From positions 7,039-71,038 of the forward strand of contig JAPLYG010000012.1 of assembly GCA_026395685.1 (NCBI GenBank): a stretch of 64,000 nucleotides of DNA. Direction: 5' to 3'. How positions within the stretch are numbered: the stretch's first letter is position 1; every line of letters starts with the position of its first letter. Source of the DNA: Candidatus Parcubacteria bacterium (lineage in GTDB: Bacteria; Patescibacteriota; Patescibacteriia; CAIXNZ01). Positions 50,201 through 59,585 of the stretch are shown here, one piece after another. A program made the position numbers and the translations under genes. The notes beneath the pieces are model-generated. The model saw only the letters and a list, made by a program, of their open reading frames with translations, was not told where the DNA came from and ran no database searches.

Positions 50201-50721
50201 ATGCGACAGCACCGCTTGTCTCCATAAATCAATCCAAAATTGGGGATGCCGGAATTTTTGCCATGAATCATGAAGCTAATACAACTGGTTATCCGGTTGC
50301 TTTATGGAATGATAATTCCTATGATTCAGGTGGGAATAATATATACAATTTAATATATTTCGGCACTACCTCGATTAGTGGGGGCGGTAGTTCTTTAGAA
50401 TATGGCAATATAAAGTGGGACAGTACTAACAGCAGATTAGTCTTTAGCGACGGTATTCATCAGGCAAGCAGCAGCGATACAAATATTTTTGAAGGCATGA
50501 CCGCTATTGGTTCAACGACAACGCCCACCGAAATGCTGGAAGTAACTGGAAATATTACAGCCACAGGCACTATCCAAAGCGACCAGCCAAGCGTAATCAA
50601 AGTTAGCGGCGGCTCAACGCCCGGTTCTTCTTGCACGGTAGGGGATTTTACTTGGGATAATGATTATCTTTATATTTGTACAGCTACTGATACCTGGGAA
50701 ACGGCAGCAATTGCGCCTTGA
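47209..50721 (+). CDS. Giant (1170 aa) membrane-anchored protein with several LamG-like (concanavalin-type) domains
   Basis: N-terminal signal-anchor. Repeated LamG endings IDDYMIYSRELSFDEILNLY, MDSVAIYNDVLTDDEILNH and ILDGVIIYH. Confidence 0.6.
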   Translation: MKKANSKTIIVKVSFWQKIKGVLVQMKNPWAIFGIILAIGVITAVIIIFWYSNYKDYIIAGDGIRDTMTYQGKLVNADGVPPPDGDYSLQFKIYDSLTNGNLLWTEIWDGDVHVEQPGALKVSVSDGVFTVELNSLCESWAGDCAETVDYGGGKVITGVTFDQDSYYLQVELDYADDGTFEEIFSPRKRFTATPYSMNADKLDGKDSTDFVAKSGGANALMTGSLTTTNVIDSSLVTYQQFGETEIISDTAYTHDSGPNNLSVKLVSSYISDGYLGFRGNPEYAQIDDNDLLSFGTGSADTPFTISAWVLGADMKDFIIASKGIYNTSGEYKFFIDDNYKLSAQLFDESVANAYIGRMYNASSLEGLANSWNHFVFTYNGNGQSSGIKLYINGDRVDDENKQNGSYVAMETLSANLIIGRYDTTYSLGKIDDYMIYSRELSFDEILNLYNGVQNKVNKNNYKLSTYYLSLDGLANGVFDSANLYYDPNFQQIVFDRKIFVPDNKSAAENEKNDRDYTHFTDANRILAYDFSMPNSGILNLDDITGNTDGNNGGDTTFINNGLVGYGYALNADGSYISFNDPGINTTTGTIELWSKLNNISTSETNYFVYMSDTGGVQLAFWKQDAVNLYVKVGDATAVDTTYDFVDNNWHHLALTWSAGAYKVFVDGTAVYNAAYSTLTTPTSLFLGYGNIASTSLNGSMDSVAIYNDVLTDDEILNHAKNGFSGLYIDNTLNDGVISTSLANLLDKSFGETFGNKFDPCYFQYTGPKKLSLPFSEGYGSTTTSVSNSQVATLHGSSWVNKGYNGSALSFDGIDDYLEMEDNYDLNIDVYDFAIEFWFKGNGVSNAGKKIISKRSGDTGYEVSFGPAKDSIIFFLGDGTNTVTAVANGPNNMSSGSWNHVLISFDRSGNAVMYINAWSQVTTDISSLDSYSLSNSAPLFIGKDSTGNYFNGILDGVIIYHLYDDGQSEALPQFNIYDSYARVFNAPDILLLLGRNLSNATAPLVSINQSKIGDAGIFAMNHEANTTGYPVALWNDNSYDSGGNNIYNLIYFGTTSISGGGSSLEYGNIKWDSTNSRLVFSDGIHQASSSDTNIFEGMTAIGSTTTPTEMLEVTGNITATGTIQSDQPSVIKVSGGSTPGSSCTVGDFTWDNDYLYICTATDTWETAAIAP

Positions 50722-50758
50722 TAAGACTAAAAATAAATTTTAACTATAACAATAACTT

Positions 50759-50974
50759 ATGAAAATTTTTAAAAAACAAGAACAAAAAATAAGCTGGCTG
50801 CAGGTTATTACAGCCTTTACTTTAGGTATTTTAATTGCCGCTAATCTTTTTTTAATTTTTAATTTTTTTAACCTGCAAAGGGAAATAAACAAATTAAAGG
50901 CTGATGATATTGCGCTTGCTCAAGCAATTAACAGTCTGCTAGCCCAAGCAGAAGCAGTAAAAAATTCTAAATAA
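50759..50974 (+). CDS. Small membrane/coiled-coil protein
   Basis: One TM plus a short coiled coil. Confidence 0.35.
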   Translation: MKIFKKQEQKISWLQVITAFTLGILIAANLFLIFNFFNLQREINKLKADDIALAQAINSLLAQAEAVKNSK

Positions 50975-50976
50975 AT

Positions 50977-51264
50977 ATGGACCATATAAAAAATCTTTTG
51001 AGCAGGCGCATCAGACAATCTGCAATCGGCAGGCAGGTTGATCAGGCAATGATAATTGAATTTTTTGCGCAACTAATCAAAAAGAAACTCGGTGATAATA
51101 TTAGCCGTAGATTGAAACCTGTTTACTTAAAAAATAAGGATATATATATTGCCTGCGTCAGCTCGGTTATTAAACAGGAGATTATTTTACGCAAAGCTGA
51201 ATTATTGGCTGACGTAAACGAAAAATTTGGTCCGCAGACGATTATGGGTATAAAATTTATCTAA
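50977..51264 (+). CDS. DUF721/DciA-like small protein
   Basis: Pattern LKPVYLKNKDIYIACVSSVIKQEIILRKAELLADVNEKFGPQTIMGIKF resembles the DUF721 C-terminal block. Confidence 0.4.
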   Translation: MDHIKNLLSRRIRQSAIGRQVDQAMIIEFFAQLIKKKLGDNISRRLKPVYLKNKDIYIACVSSVIKQEIILRKAELLADVNEKFGPQTIMGIKFI

Positions 51265-51343
51265 AGTTAGACAAGATTTGGTATTTGTCAGAAGATAATT
51301 GTTGTGCTAAGATTTAATTATTAAGATAATATCTATTTAAAAT

Positions 51344-51736
51344 ATGACATTACGTGCATATATTATTTTGATTTTAGTAGCTACTTTTTCCTGCTATTTA
51401 GCGCTTTTGGCGGTTATTTACTTTTTTAATCCCTCTGAGAGCGGATCAGTGGCCTTGGCACTTTTTTACATAAGCCTGGCGCTCGCTTTGACCGGGACTT
51501 TTTCTTTAGTAGGCTTATTAAGCAGGCTGATCTTTACCAGCGAAAAATTGATGTTTAAAAAGGTTATTACTTCATTTCGACAGGGGATTTGGTTTTCTTT
51601 GTTGATTTGTATTTTACTGTATTTGAATAAAATAAAGATGCTGGAATGGAAGTATGTTATTATTCCGATAATTGCTTTTGCTCTGCTGGAATTATTTTTC
51701 TTAAGTTATAAGGCTAAACCTAATTTAAAAATATGA
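51344..51736 (+). CDS. Integral membrane protein (4 TM)
   Basis: Hydrophobic helices. Overlaps the proS start. Confidence 0.4.
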   Translation: MTLRAYIILILVATFSCYLALLAVIYFFNPSESGSVALALFYISLALALTGTFSLVGLLSRLIFTSEKLMFKKVITSFRQGIWFSLLICILLYLNKIKMLEWKYVIIPIIAFALLELFFLSYKAKPNLKI

Positions 51737-52986
51737 AGCAATCATTTCTCTTTACTAAAACTCAAAAAAATATTGCGGCTGAAGAAAAAAGCATTAATGC
51801 CCAGCTTTTGATTAAAGGAGCTTACATTGATAAATTAATGGCCGGAGTTTATACTCTTTTGCCCTTAGGTATGAGGGTTATTAATAAAATTGAAAATATA
51901 ATCCGCGAGGAAATGAATGCCATTGGCGGCCAGGAAATAGTCATGCCAGCCTTACAACCCAAAGAAAATTGGGAAACTACCGGTCGTTGGTCAAGTATGG
52001 ATGATTTATATAAGATTACTGATAGCCAGGGCCATGAAATGGCATTAGGTCCTACTCATGAGGAAATTGTCGTGCCATTGGCAAAGAAATTTATTTCTTC
52101 CTACAAAGATTTACCGGTTTATATTTATCAGTTTCAGACAAAATTTCGGATGGAATTGCGTTCCAAGTCAGGCATTTTGCGCGGACGGGAATTTTTAATG
52201 AAAGATTTTTATTCTTTTCATGCGGATGAAAAAGATCTGGAAGAATATTATGAAAAGGCCAAGCAGGCGTATTTTAATATTTTTAAACGCTGCGGTTTAG
52301 GTGAAAAAACTCATTTGACTTTTGCTTCCGGCGGAAGCTTTTCCAAATATTCTCATGAATTTCAGACCATTACTTTGGCGGGCGAGGATATTATTTATGT
52401 TTGCGAAAAATGCGGTTTGGCTATTAATCGTGAAATCAAGGATGAAACTGAAATTTGCCCAGATTGCGGAGCTAAAGATTTTAAAGAAGAAAAGGCCATT
52501 GAAGTCGGTAATATTTTCAAGTTGCTAACTAAATATTCAGGACCTTTTAACTTAAAATATACAGACAAAGAAGGGGTAGAGAAGCCAGTAATCATGGGTA
52601 CATATGGCATTGGTTTAGGCAGGTTAATGGGTACTGTGATTGAAGTTCATCATGATGATAAGGGCATAATCTGGCCTATGAGCGTGGCCCCGTTTCAGCT
52701 TCATTTAGTGACCTTGGGTGAAGCTCCAGAGCTTGCAAAACAGGCTGAAATTGTATATACTAGCCTAACTAAGGACGGATTCGAGGTTTTATTTGATGAT
52801 CGTAAAGAATCAGCCGGGGTAAAGCTTAATGATAGTGATTTATTGGGTTTGCCAATCAGATTGGTTATCAGCGCAAAGACTCAGGAAAAAGATTCTGTGG
52901 AAGTAAAATTACGCAATTCAGACAAGGTTGAACTCGTTAAGATTAATAAATTAGAAGACTATATAAATAAGCTTATTAAACAATAA
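51733..52986 (+). CDS. proS: Prolyl-tRNA synthetase (short form without editing domain, with a Zn-ribbon insert)
   Basis: LPLGMRVINKIENIIREEMNAIGGQEIVMPALQPKENWETTGRW; motif 2 FRMELRSKSGILRGREFLMKDFYSF. Insert CEKCG...CPDCG. Confidence 0.75.
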   Translation: MKQSFLFTKTQKNIAAEEKSINAQLLIKGAYIDKLMAGVYTLLPLGMRVINKIENIIREEMNAIGGQEIVMPALQPKENWETTGRWSSMDDLYKITDSQGHEMALGPTHEEIVVPLAKKFISSYKDLPVYIYQFQTKFRMELRSKSGILRGREFLMKDFYSFHADEKDLEEYYEKAKQAYFNIFKRCGLGEKTHLTFASGGSFSKYSHEFQTITLAGEDIIYVCEKCGLAINREIKDETEICPDCGAKDFKEEKAIEVGNIFKLLTKYSGPFNLKYTDKEGVEKPVIMGTYGIGLGRLMGTVIEVHHDDKGIIWPMSVAPFQLHLVTLGEAPELAKQAEIVYTSLTKDGFEVLFDDRKESAGVKLNDSDLLGLPIRLVISAKTQEKDSVEVKLRNSDKVELVKINKLEDYINKLIKQ

Positions 52987-53066
52987 ATTATAATTTGGGT
53001 AAGTAAGATGGCTAAAGAGGAAAAGCAGAGTAAAAAGGGGGTGAAAATTAGTAGCTTAGCAATATT

Positions 53067-54119
53067 ATGATTTTTGACCGAATTTTAGGAAAATTTTCTA
53101 AAGATGTGGGGATTGATCTGGGTACTGCAAATACCTTGGTTTACGTTAAAGATAAGGGCATTATTATCAATGAGCCTTCGGTTGTGGCTATTAACCAAAA
53201 AAATGGGCAAATTTTAGCTGTCGGTGATGAAGCCAGAAAGATGGTGGGCAAAACTCCCAGCTATATTTCAGCCATTAGGCCTTTGGTTGACGGAGTAATT
53301 TCTGATTTTGAAGTAACTGAAAAAATGCTTAAATACTTTATTGATAAGATAACCCAGGGCAAATTTGGCTGGCTAGCCAGGCCAAGAGTAGTCATCGGTA
53401 TTCCTCTGGACGTTACAGAGGTAGAAAAGAAAGCAGTTGAAGACGCAGCTTTATCAGCCGGAGCCCGAAAAGTATATTTAGTTGAAGAACCTATGGCAGC
53501 GGCAATTGGTTGCCGTTTACCTATTTCTGACCCGGTCGGTAATATGATTATTGATATCGGAGGAGGAACAACGGAAATCGCAGTAATTTCTTTGGGAGGA
53601 ATAGTTACTTTTAGAGCTATTAAAATAGCCGGAGACGAGATGAACAAAAATATTGTTCAATATGCCAGAAATAAATTCAATTTGTTATTGGGTGAAAAAG
53701 TTGCTGAAGAAATTAAAATTAAAATCGGTTCAGCTGCTGAATTGAAACAGACTCTGGAAGCACAAATGCGCGGTCGTGATTTAATTACTGGTTTGCCCAA
53801 GGAAATTATTGTTAATGATGAACAAATACGTGAAGCTTTAAGCAAGTCAATTAAAATGATAATTGATAATATTAAGGCAACTTTGGAAATTACCCCTCCC
53901 GAATTAGTTGCTGATATTTATGAGCGAGGTATTATTTTAAGTGGGGGCGGCGCTTTATTAAAAGGTTTAGACCGGGCAATCTCTCAGGCATCACAGATTC
54001 CAGTTTATGTCGCTGATGACCCATTGACTGCCGTGGCTCGGGGTACTGGTTATTTGCTTGATAACGAGGACTTGCTTAAAAATGTCGCAGTTACTCTTAC
54101 TTCTGAAGAATCAAGCTAA
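53067..54119 (+). CDS. mreB: Rod-shape-determining protein MreB
   Basis: DLGTANTLVYVK...EPSVVAI; IDIGGGTTEIAVISLGG. Confidence 0.92.
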   Translation: MIFDRILGKFSKDVGIDLGTANTLVYVKDKGIIINEPSVVAINQKNGQILAVGDEARKMVGKTPSYISAIRPLVDGVISDFEVTEKMLKYFIDKITQGKFGWLARPRVVIGIPLDVTEVEKKAVEDAALSAGARKVYLVEEPMAAAIGCRLPISDPVGNMIIDIGGGTTEIAVISLGGIVTFRAIKIAGDEMNKNIVQYARNKFNLLLGEKVAEEIKIKIGSAAELKQTLEAQMRGRDLITGLPKEIIVNDEQIREALSKSIKMIIDNIKATLEITPPELVADIYERGIILSGGGALLKGLDRAISQASQIPVYVADDPLTAVARGTGYLLDNEDLLKNVAVTLTSEESS

Positions 54120-54124
54120 ATTAT

Positions 54125-54934
54125 ATGCAAGTAGAAAGAAAAAATCGACTGGTAAAATTTTACTTGATAGCAGTTATTATACTGCTTATTTTTTTCCATT
54201 ATCTGGGTGTTTTAAGATTTGCCGAAAATGTTTTTGTCAATACTTATAGCTCGGGACAAAATAAAGTATATACTTTTTTTACTAAATTAAAATATTCCTT
54301 TGTAAATTATCAGGAAGCCCAAAATTTAAAGATTGAAAATGATCAGTTGAAACATCAGCTTAACCAGTTGGTTTTTGAGAAAAGCCAGCTGGAGTCTTAT
54401 AAGGTAGAAAATGAAAAGCTAAGAAGTTTCTTGAACTTTAAGGAAGATAAAAAGTTTGATCTGGTTTTAGCCAATGTGATCGGTAAAGATGCAACCAGGC
54501 AAAATATTTTAATAATAAATCGCGGCTTAGCAGACGGCATTAAAGAAGGCTTTGCTGCAGTTGTTGATAGCGGAATTATAATTGGTAAAGTAATAGAAGC
54601 AAAGGATAATATATCTTTAATTTTACTTTTAACTGATAAACAAAGCCAGCTGGCAGTCAGTACTGAAAATGTTAATAAAACCTGTGGCTTGGCACAAGGC
54701 GAATACGGATTAAGCTTAAGAGTCAGTCTCATTCCCCAAGATGTAGAAATTAAAGAGAATGATACTTTTATTACATCAGGCGCCGAAACAAATATTCCGC
54801 GCGGTTTGATTTGCGGCAAAATTAACCGTATAATCAGCCTGGAAAATGAGTTGTTTAAATCCGCAACCATCAGTTTGCCGCTCGATTATAATGAAATCAC
54901 TCTTTTAAGCATTGTAATCCCTAAAGTTTATTAA
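54125..54934 (+). CDS. mreC: Rod-shape-determining protein MreC
   Basis: N-terminal TM, coiled coil, C-terminal beta domain. Position after mreB. Confidence 0.6.
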   Translation: MQVERKNRLVKFYLIAVIILLIFFHYLGVLRFAENVFVNTYSSGQNKVYTFFTKLKYSFVNYQEAQNLKIENDQLKHQLNQLVFEKSQLESYKVENEKLRSFLNFKEDKKFDLVLANVIGKDATRQNILIINRGLADGIKEGFAAVVDSGIIIGKVIEAKDNISLILLLTDKQSQLAVSTENVNKTCGLAQGEYGLSLRVSLIPQDVEIKENDTFITSGAETNIPRGLICGKINRIISLENELFKSATISLPLDYNEITLLSIVIPKVY

Positions 54935-54935
54935 A

Positions 54936-55460
54936 ATGGTTAAATATCTATCATATTTATTATTTTCCTTAATATTAATATTTTTGCATCAAAGCTTTTT
55001 CGCCTCAATTGTGCCTGATGCTAATATTAATATTATTATTGTATTTTTGGTATTCGTAACTTTTGTCTGGGGGCTGGATGCGAGTTTCTATTTCGCCATT
55101 TTTATCGGTTATTTGCAGGGGTTTTATTCATATCTTCCTTTCGGGACTTTCATCCCAGTCTATCTGGCAATTATTGTTTTAGTGGATTATTTGCATCGTC
55201 AGATTTTTATTAATTTTACTTTTTCTACAAACTTATTGCTGATAATTATCAGCACCTTGTTTTATAACATTTTGTTGTTAATTCTGGCATTTTTTTTATA
55301 CCTGGTAAGGATAACTCAGGTATCAATAAATCTTGATAAAATATATTTCTCCAATTTAATATGGCTGACTATTGATAATTTAATTCTAAGCAGCCTGATT
55401 TATGTTGTTGCCAGCGCCATCTTTAGGAAAATGAATTTAACTATTTTGATAAAAAGATGA
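54936..55460 (+). CDS. mreD: MreD-like polytopic membrane protein
   Basis: Five hydrophobic helices. Position between mreC and PBP2. Confidence 0.5.
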   Translation: MVKYLSYLLFSLILIFLHQSFFASIVPDANINIIIVFLVFVTFVWGLDASFYFAIFIGYLQGFYSYLPFGTFIPVYLAIIVLVDYLHRQIFINFTFSTNLLLIIISTLFYNILLLILAFFLYLVRITQVSINLDKIYFSNLIWLTIDNLILSSLIYVVASAIFRKMNLTILIKR

Positions 55461-57379
55461 ACAGCCTTTTTGTTAAAAGACAATATCGGTCCATGATTGA
55501 AATAGATGATTTTTCGGTATATGATAATGATTGGCAGATAAATGGTTCGATAAATATTAAAGAATCTGATTTTATCGGAAAATTTTTAACAGATAAAAAA
55601 ATCGGATTTTTTCTTATTTGCATAATTGCAGTAATGGTATTTCTGTCGCTTCGGTCTTTTCAGTTGCAGATATTAAAAGGCAGCTATTATGAGCAGATAG
55701 CCGAGGCTAATCGTACTCAGGAAAAGCCTCTAATCGCTACCCGCGGCTTAATTTTTGATGTTCAAAAAAAATTGTTAGTAAAAAATATTCCATATTTTGA
55801 TGCTTTAATCGTGCCTAAAGATCTGAAAATAAATGATGCTGCCAGGCAAGAGCAGGTCAAAAAGATTGCCACTGCTTTAAATGTCAACGAGGCAGATATT
55901 ACCACCGAGCTTGCCAAACATCCTAAAAATTTTAAATATCCCATTATTGCTAAAGAAAATATAGATTATGAGCAGGCAATGCTTTTAAAAATAAAGGCAG
56001 GGGATACGCCAGGATATTATGTTGATACGCATTATGAGCGGCAATATCTGTATCCCAATGAATTTTCCCATATTATCGGTTACGAAGGTAAAATAACAGA
56101 GAATGAATTGAAAGAAAACGAAAAGTCCGACTATTTGCTTAATGACTATCTTGGTAAAACTGGTTTGGAGGCATATTATGAAGAAATTTTAAGAGGCAAA
56201 TACGGACAGGATTCAATAGAAGTTGATGTTTCCGGACAGGAGAAAAAAGTGATTGCACACCAGGAGCCGGAAAATGGTAAAAATTTAATTCTATCAATTG
56301 ATGCTCAAGTGCAACAAAAAGTTAGGGAAATTCTTGTGGCAAATTTAAGAAAATTTAATAAAACCAAAGCCAGCGTAGTAATGATTAATCCACAAAATGG
56401 TGAAATTTTATCATTGATTAGTTATCCTGATTTTGACAATAATTTATTTTCTTCAGGCATTTCTCGTGAGGATTATGCGAACCTGATAAATGATTCCAAT
56501 CAGCCGTTATTCGATAGGGCCATTAAAGGAGAATATCCTTCCGGGTCAAGTATTAAACCAGCCGTAGCCCTGGGAGCTTTACAAGAAAAGATTATAACTG
56601 ATAAAACAACTTTTATGAGCTCTGGAGGCCTTTGGCTCTATGATCGTTGGTTTTTTCCCGATTGGGCAGCGGGCGGACATGGTGTGACCAATGTCTACAA
56701 GGCAATTGCCTGGTCAGTCAATACTTTCTTTTATATTATCGGCGGAGGATATAACGATTTTAAAGGTTTAGGGCCGGAAGGCTTGGAAAAGTATTTTGTC
56801 TTATTTGGGTTTGGACAAAAAACTAATATCGATTTGCCAGGTGAAGCATCTGGTTTGGTACCAAATCCACTCTGGAAAATGCAAACAAAAAAAGAACAAT
56901 GGTATATAGGTGATACTTATCATATGGCAATTGGCCAGGGTGATGTCTTGGTTACGCCCCTGCAAATCGCAAATTTAACCGCGACGATCGCCAATGGCGG
57001 TACTTTATATCAGCCTCATATAGTTAAAGAGTTTTTTCCCAATAATGGCCAGTCAGAAGTAATAAAGCCGGTAATTTTAAGGGAAAATTTTATTGATAAG
57101 GAAAATATTGAAATTGTTAAAAAAGCCATGCGTCAAACAGTGACGATAGGGAGCGCGACTTTATTAAATAACCTGGATATTGCTGTCTCTGGTAAAACCG
57201 GTACTGCCCAATGGAATACTGAAAAAAATAATCATGCCTGGTTTACGGGTTTCGCGCCTTATGAAGATCCTCAAGTAGCGATTACAGTCTTGGTTGAAGA
57301 AGGCGGAGAGGGCAGCGCTGTGAGCGTGCCGATTACTTATGATATTCTCAATTGGTACTTTAACGTATATAAAAAATAA
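55457..57379 (+). CDS. mrdA: Penicillin-binding protein 2 (class B transpeptidase)
   Basis: SGSSIKP (SxxK) and KTGTAQ (KTG) motifs. N-terminal TM. Confidence 0.85.
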   Translation: MNSLFVKRQYRSMIEIDDFSVYDNDWQINGSINIKESDFIGKFLTDKKIGFFLICIIAVMVFLSLRSFQLQILKGSYYEQIAEANRTQEKPLIATRGLIFDVQKKLLVKNIPYFDALIVPKDLKINDAARQEQVKKIATALNVNEADITTELAKHPKNFKYPIIAKENIDYEQAMLLKIKAGDTPGYYVDTHYERQYLYPNEFSHIIGYEGKITENELKENEKSDYLLNDYLGKTGLEAYYEEILRGKYGQDSIEVDVSGQEKKVIAHQEPENGKNLILSIDAQVQQKVREILVANLRKFNKTKASVVMINPQNGEILSLISYPDFDNNLFSSGISREDYANLINDSNQPLFDRAIKGEYPSGSSIKPAVALGALQEKIITDKTTFMSSGGLWLYDRWFFPDWAAGGHGVTNVYKAIAWSVNTFFYIIGGGYNDFKGLGPEGLEKYFVLFGFGQKTNIDLPGEASGLVPNPLWKMQTKKEQWYIGDTYHMAIGQGDVLVTPLQIANLTATIANGGTLYQPHIVKEFFPNNGQSEVIKPVILRENFIDKENIEIVKKAMRQTVTIGSATLLNNLDIAVSGKTGTAQWNTEKNNHAWFTGFAPYEDPQVAITVLVEEGGEGSAVSVPITYDILNWYFNVYKK

Positions 57380-57527
57380 GGTCGAAGTCAAAGCCTGAAG
57401 TACAAAATATAATATAATCATTATTTACTCTTCATACTTCAAACTTAGTTTTCCACTTGACACAGAAGTTTGAAGCTGGTATTTTATATATTGTTACATA
57501 GATAAAATTATTCTTAATTTAACAATA

Positions 57528-57995
57528 ATGTCAGACGATAAGAAATATTTAACCCCCGAGGGCTTGAAAAAAGTTGAGCAAGAAGTGCATCATTTAAAAA
57601 CCGTACGCCGCCGGGAGATCAGCAGTAAAATTGAAGATGCTTTGAAATTAGGCGATATATCAGAAAATGCGGAATATCATGAGGCTAAAGATGAGCAGGG
57701 TATGCTTGAAGCTAGAATAAGAGAGCTGGAAGAAATTATTAATAACGCAGTAATCATTGAAAGTACTAATGGTAAGAAAAAATGTGTTTCTGTCGGTTGT
57801 ACAATTGAAGTAAAACTTGATAGCGATACTAAGAAATTTACGATTGTCGGTCCCAGCGAAGCAAACCCTTCTGTGGGTCTAATTTCCAATGAATCACCGA
57901 TTGGCCAGGCATTTTTGGGTAAAAAGATTGGTGATAGCGTTGATGTCCAGGCTCCAGCCGGTGTGATAAAATATAAGGTACTCTCAATTGAATAA
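57528..57995 (+). CDS. greA: Transcription elongation factor GreA
   Basis: LTPEGLKKVEQEVHHLKTVRRREI...ISENAEYHEAKDEQ. Confidence 0.9.
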   Translation: MSDDKKYLTPEGLKKVEQEVHHLKTVRRREISSKIEDALKLGDISENAEYHEAKDEQGMLEARIRELEEIINNAVIIESTNGKKKCVSVGCTIEVKLDSDTKKFTIVGPSEANPSVGLISNESPIGQAFLGKKIGDSVDVQAPAGVIKYKVLSIE

Positions 57996-58005
57996 AGATA
58001 TCAAA

Positions 58006-58041
58006 GAGTCCTCGCTAAGCGGGGATTCTTTGTTGTTTTTG
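58006..58041 (+). terminator. Rho-independent terminator after greA
   Basis: GAGTCCTCGC-taa-GCGGGGATTC stem, then TTTGTTGTTTTTG. The same CCTCGCT...AGCGGGG core occurs in the terminator at 10241. Confidence 0.6.
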
Positions 58042-58106
58042 ACTTTTAGCCGATTTTTCGTTAAAATTTAAGTATAACCAATAAACTAATAAACCAATAT
58101 ACACCT

Positions 58107-59546
58107 ATGTCTTTAGACGAACGCAAAATCCGTATAGAAAAATTAGAAAAAATAAAAGCAGATAAAATAAATCCTTATCCTGCCAAATATGATAAGAAAG
58201 TCAGCTTAATGCAGGCTTTTGAATCAAAAGAGGGGACAAAAGTCAAAACTGCCGGACGGCTTATGACCTTTAGAGACATGGGTAAGCTTTGCTTTTGCCA
58301 TTTAATGGACGAAAGCCATAAAATGCAAATCGCCTTACAGCTGGATAAGATCGGTGAAGAAAAATATAAATGGTTTGTGAAAAATCTGGATATGGGCGAT
58401 TTTATCGGAGTTGAAGGTGAGATCTTTACCACGCATAAAGGAGAAATTTCAATTTTAGTTTCTGATTACGAATTACTAACTAAAGCTCTGAGACCATTGC
58501 CCGAAAAATGGCATGGCATAACCGATGAAGAATTAAAACTGCGTAAAAGGTATCTTGATTTTATTTCTAATCCGGAATTAAAGGAGTTATTTTATCGTAA
58601 GGCAAAGTTTTGGCAGACCATGCGAGATTTTATGTTGGGAGAAGGATTTTTGGAAGTTGAAACTCCTGTTTTAGAAACCACTGCCGGCGGAGCTGATGCT
58701 GAACCTTTTGTGACTCATCATAATGCTTTAGATATGGATGTTTATCTGCGAATTTCTATGGGTGAATTATGGCAAAAAAGGCTGATGGTGGCCGGCTTTG
58801 AAAGAACATTTGAAATCGGACGCCAGTTTCGCAATGAAGGCATGAGCCGCGAGCATTTGCAGGATTATACTCAGATGGAATGCTATATGGCTTATGCAGA
58901 CTATAAAGACATGATGGCCTTGATGGAAAAAATGTATAAAAAAATTGTAAAAGAAGTATATGATAAAATGGAATTTGAAATCAACGGCTTTATGGTTGAT
59001 TTCAGTAAAAAATGGGAAACGATCGACTATGTAGAAAAAATTCAGAAAGATTTTGATCTGGATGTGACTAAGGCAACCAAAGAAGCATTGGTGAAAAAGC
59101 TTAAGGATTTAAAAATTGATTTTGATCCTAATTTGAGTAAAAACCGCTTGATAGACATTTTGTGGAAGCAAGTCAGAAAAACAATAGCCGGCCCGGCATT
59201 TTTGGTCGGACATCCTGTTGAAGTCGCGCCTTTGGCAAAACGAGATTTTAAAAATCCCGGACGAGTCCAGGAATTCCAAATAATATTAGGAGGTTCTGAA
59301 ATGGGCAAGGGATATAGCGAGTTAAATGATCCTATTGATCAGGCTCAGAGATTCAAAGAACAGGCTCAAATGCGACAGGCAGGGGATAAGGAAGCGCAAA
59401 TGCCAGATCAGGACTTTGTAGAGGCCCTGGAGTACGGAATGCCGCCGACAGCGGGTTTTGGCGTATCAGAAAGATTCTTTGCTTTCTTGGAAAATAAGAC
59501 TGCCAGAGAATGCCAGATTTTCCCACTGATGAAACCGGAAAGATAA
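58107..59546 (+). CDS. lysS: Lysyl-tRNA synthetase (class II)
   Basis: OB-fold N-domain AGRLMTFRDMGKLCFCHL; class II motifs. Confidence 0.9.
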   Translation: MSLDERKIRIEKLEKIKADKINPYPAKYDKKVSLMQAFESKEGTKVKTAGRLMTFRDMGKLCFCHLMDESHKMQIALQLDKIGEEKYKWFVKNLDMGDFIGVEGEIFTTHKGEISILVSDYELLTKALRPLPEKWHGITDEELKLRKRYLDFISNPELKELFYRKAKFWQTMRDFMLGEGFLEVETPVLETTAGGADAEPFVTHHNALDMDVYLRISMGELWQKRLMVAGFERTFEIGRQFRNEGMSREHLQDYTQMECYMAYADYKDMMALMEKMYKKIVKEVYDKMEFEINGFMVDFSKKWETIDYVEKIQKDFDLDVTKATKEALVKKLKDLKIDFDPNLSKNRLIDILWKQVRKTIAGPAFLVGHPVEVAPLAKRDFKNPGRVQEFQIILGGSEMGKGYSELNDPIDQAQRFKEQAQMRQAGDKEAQMPDQDFVEALEYGMPPTAGFGVSERFFAFLENKTARECQIFPLMKPER

Positions 59547-59585
59547 AATTCAATATTTAAATTTCTAAATATTAGTAAAAAATAT

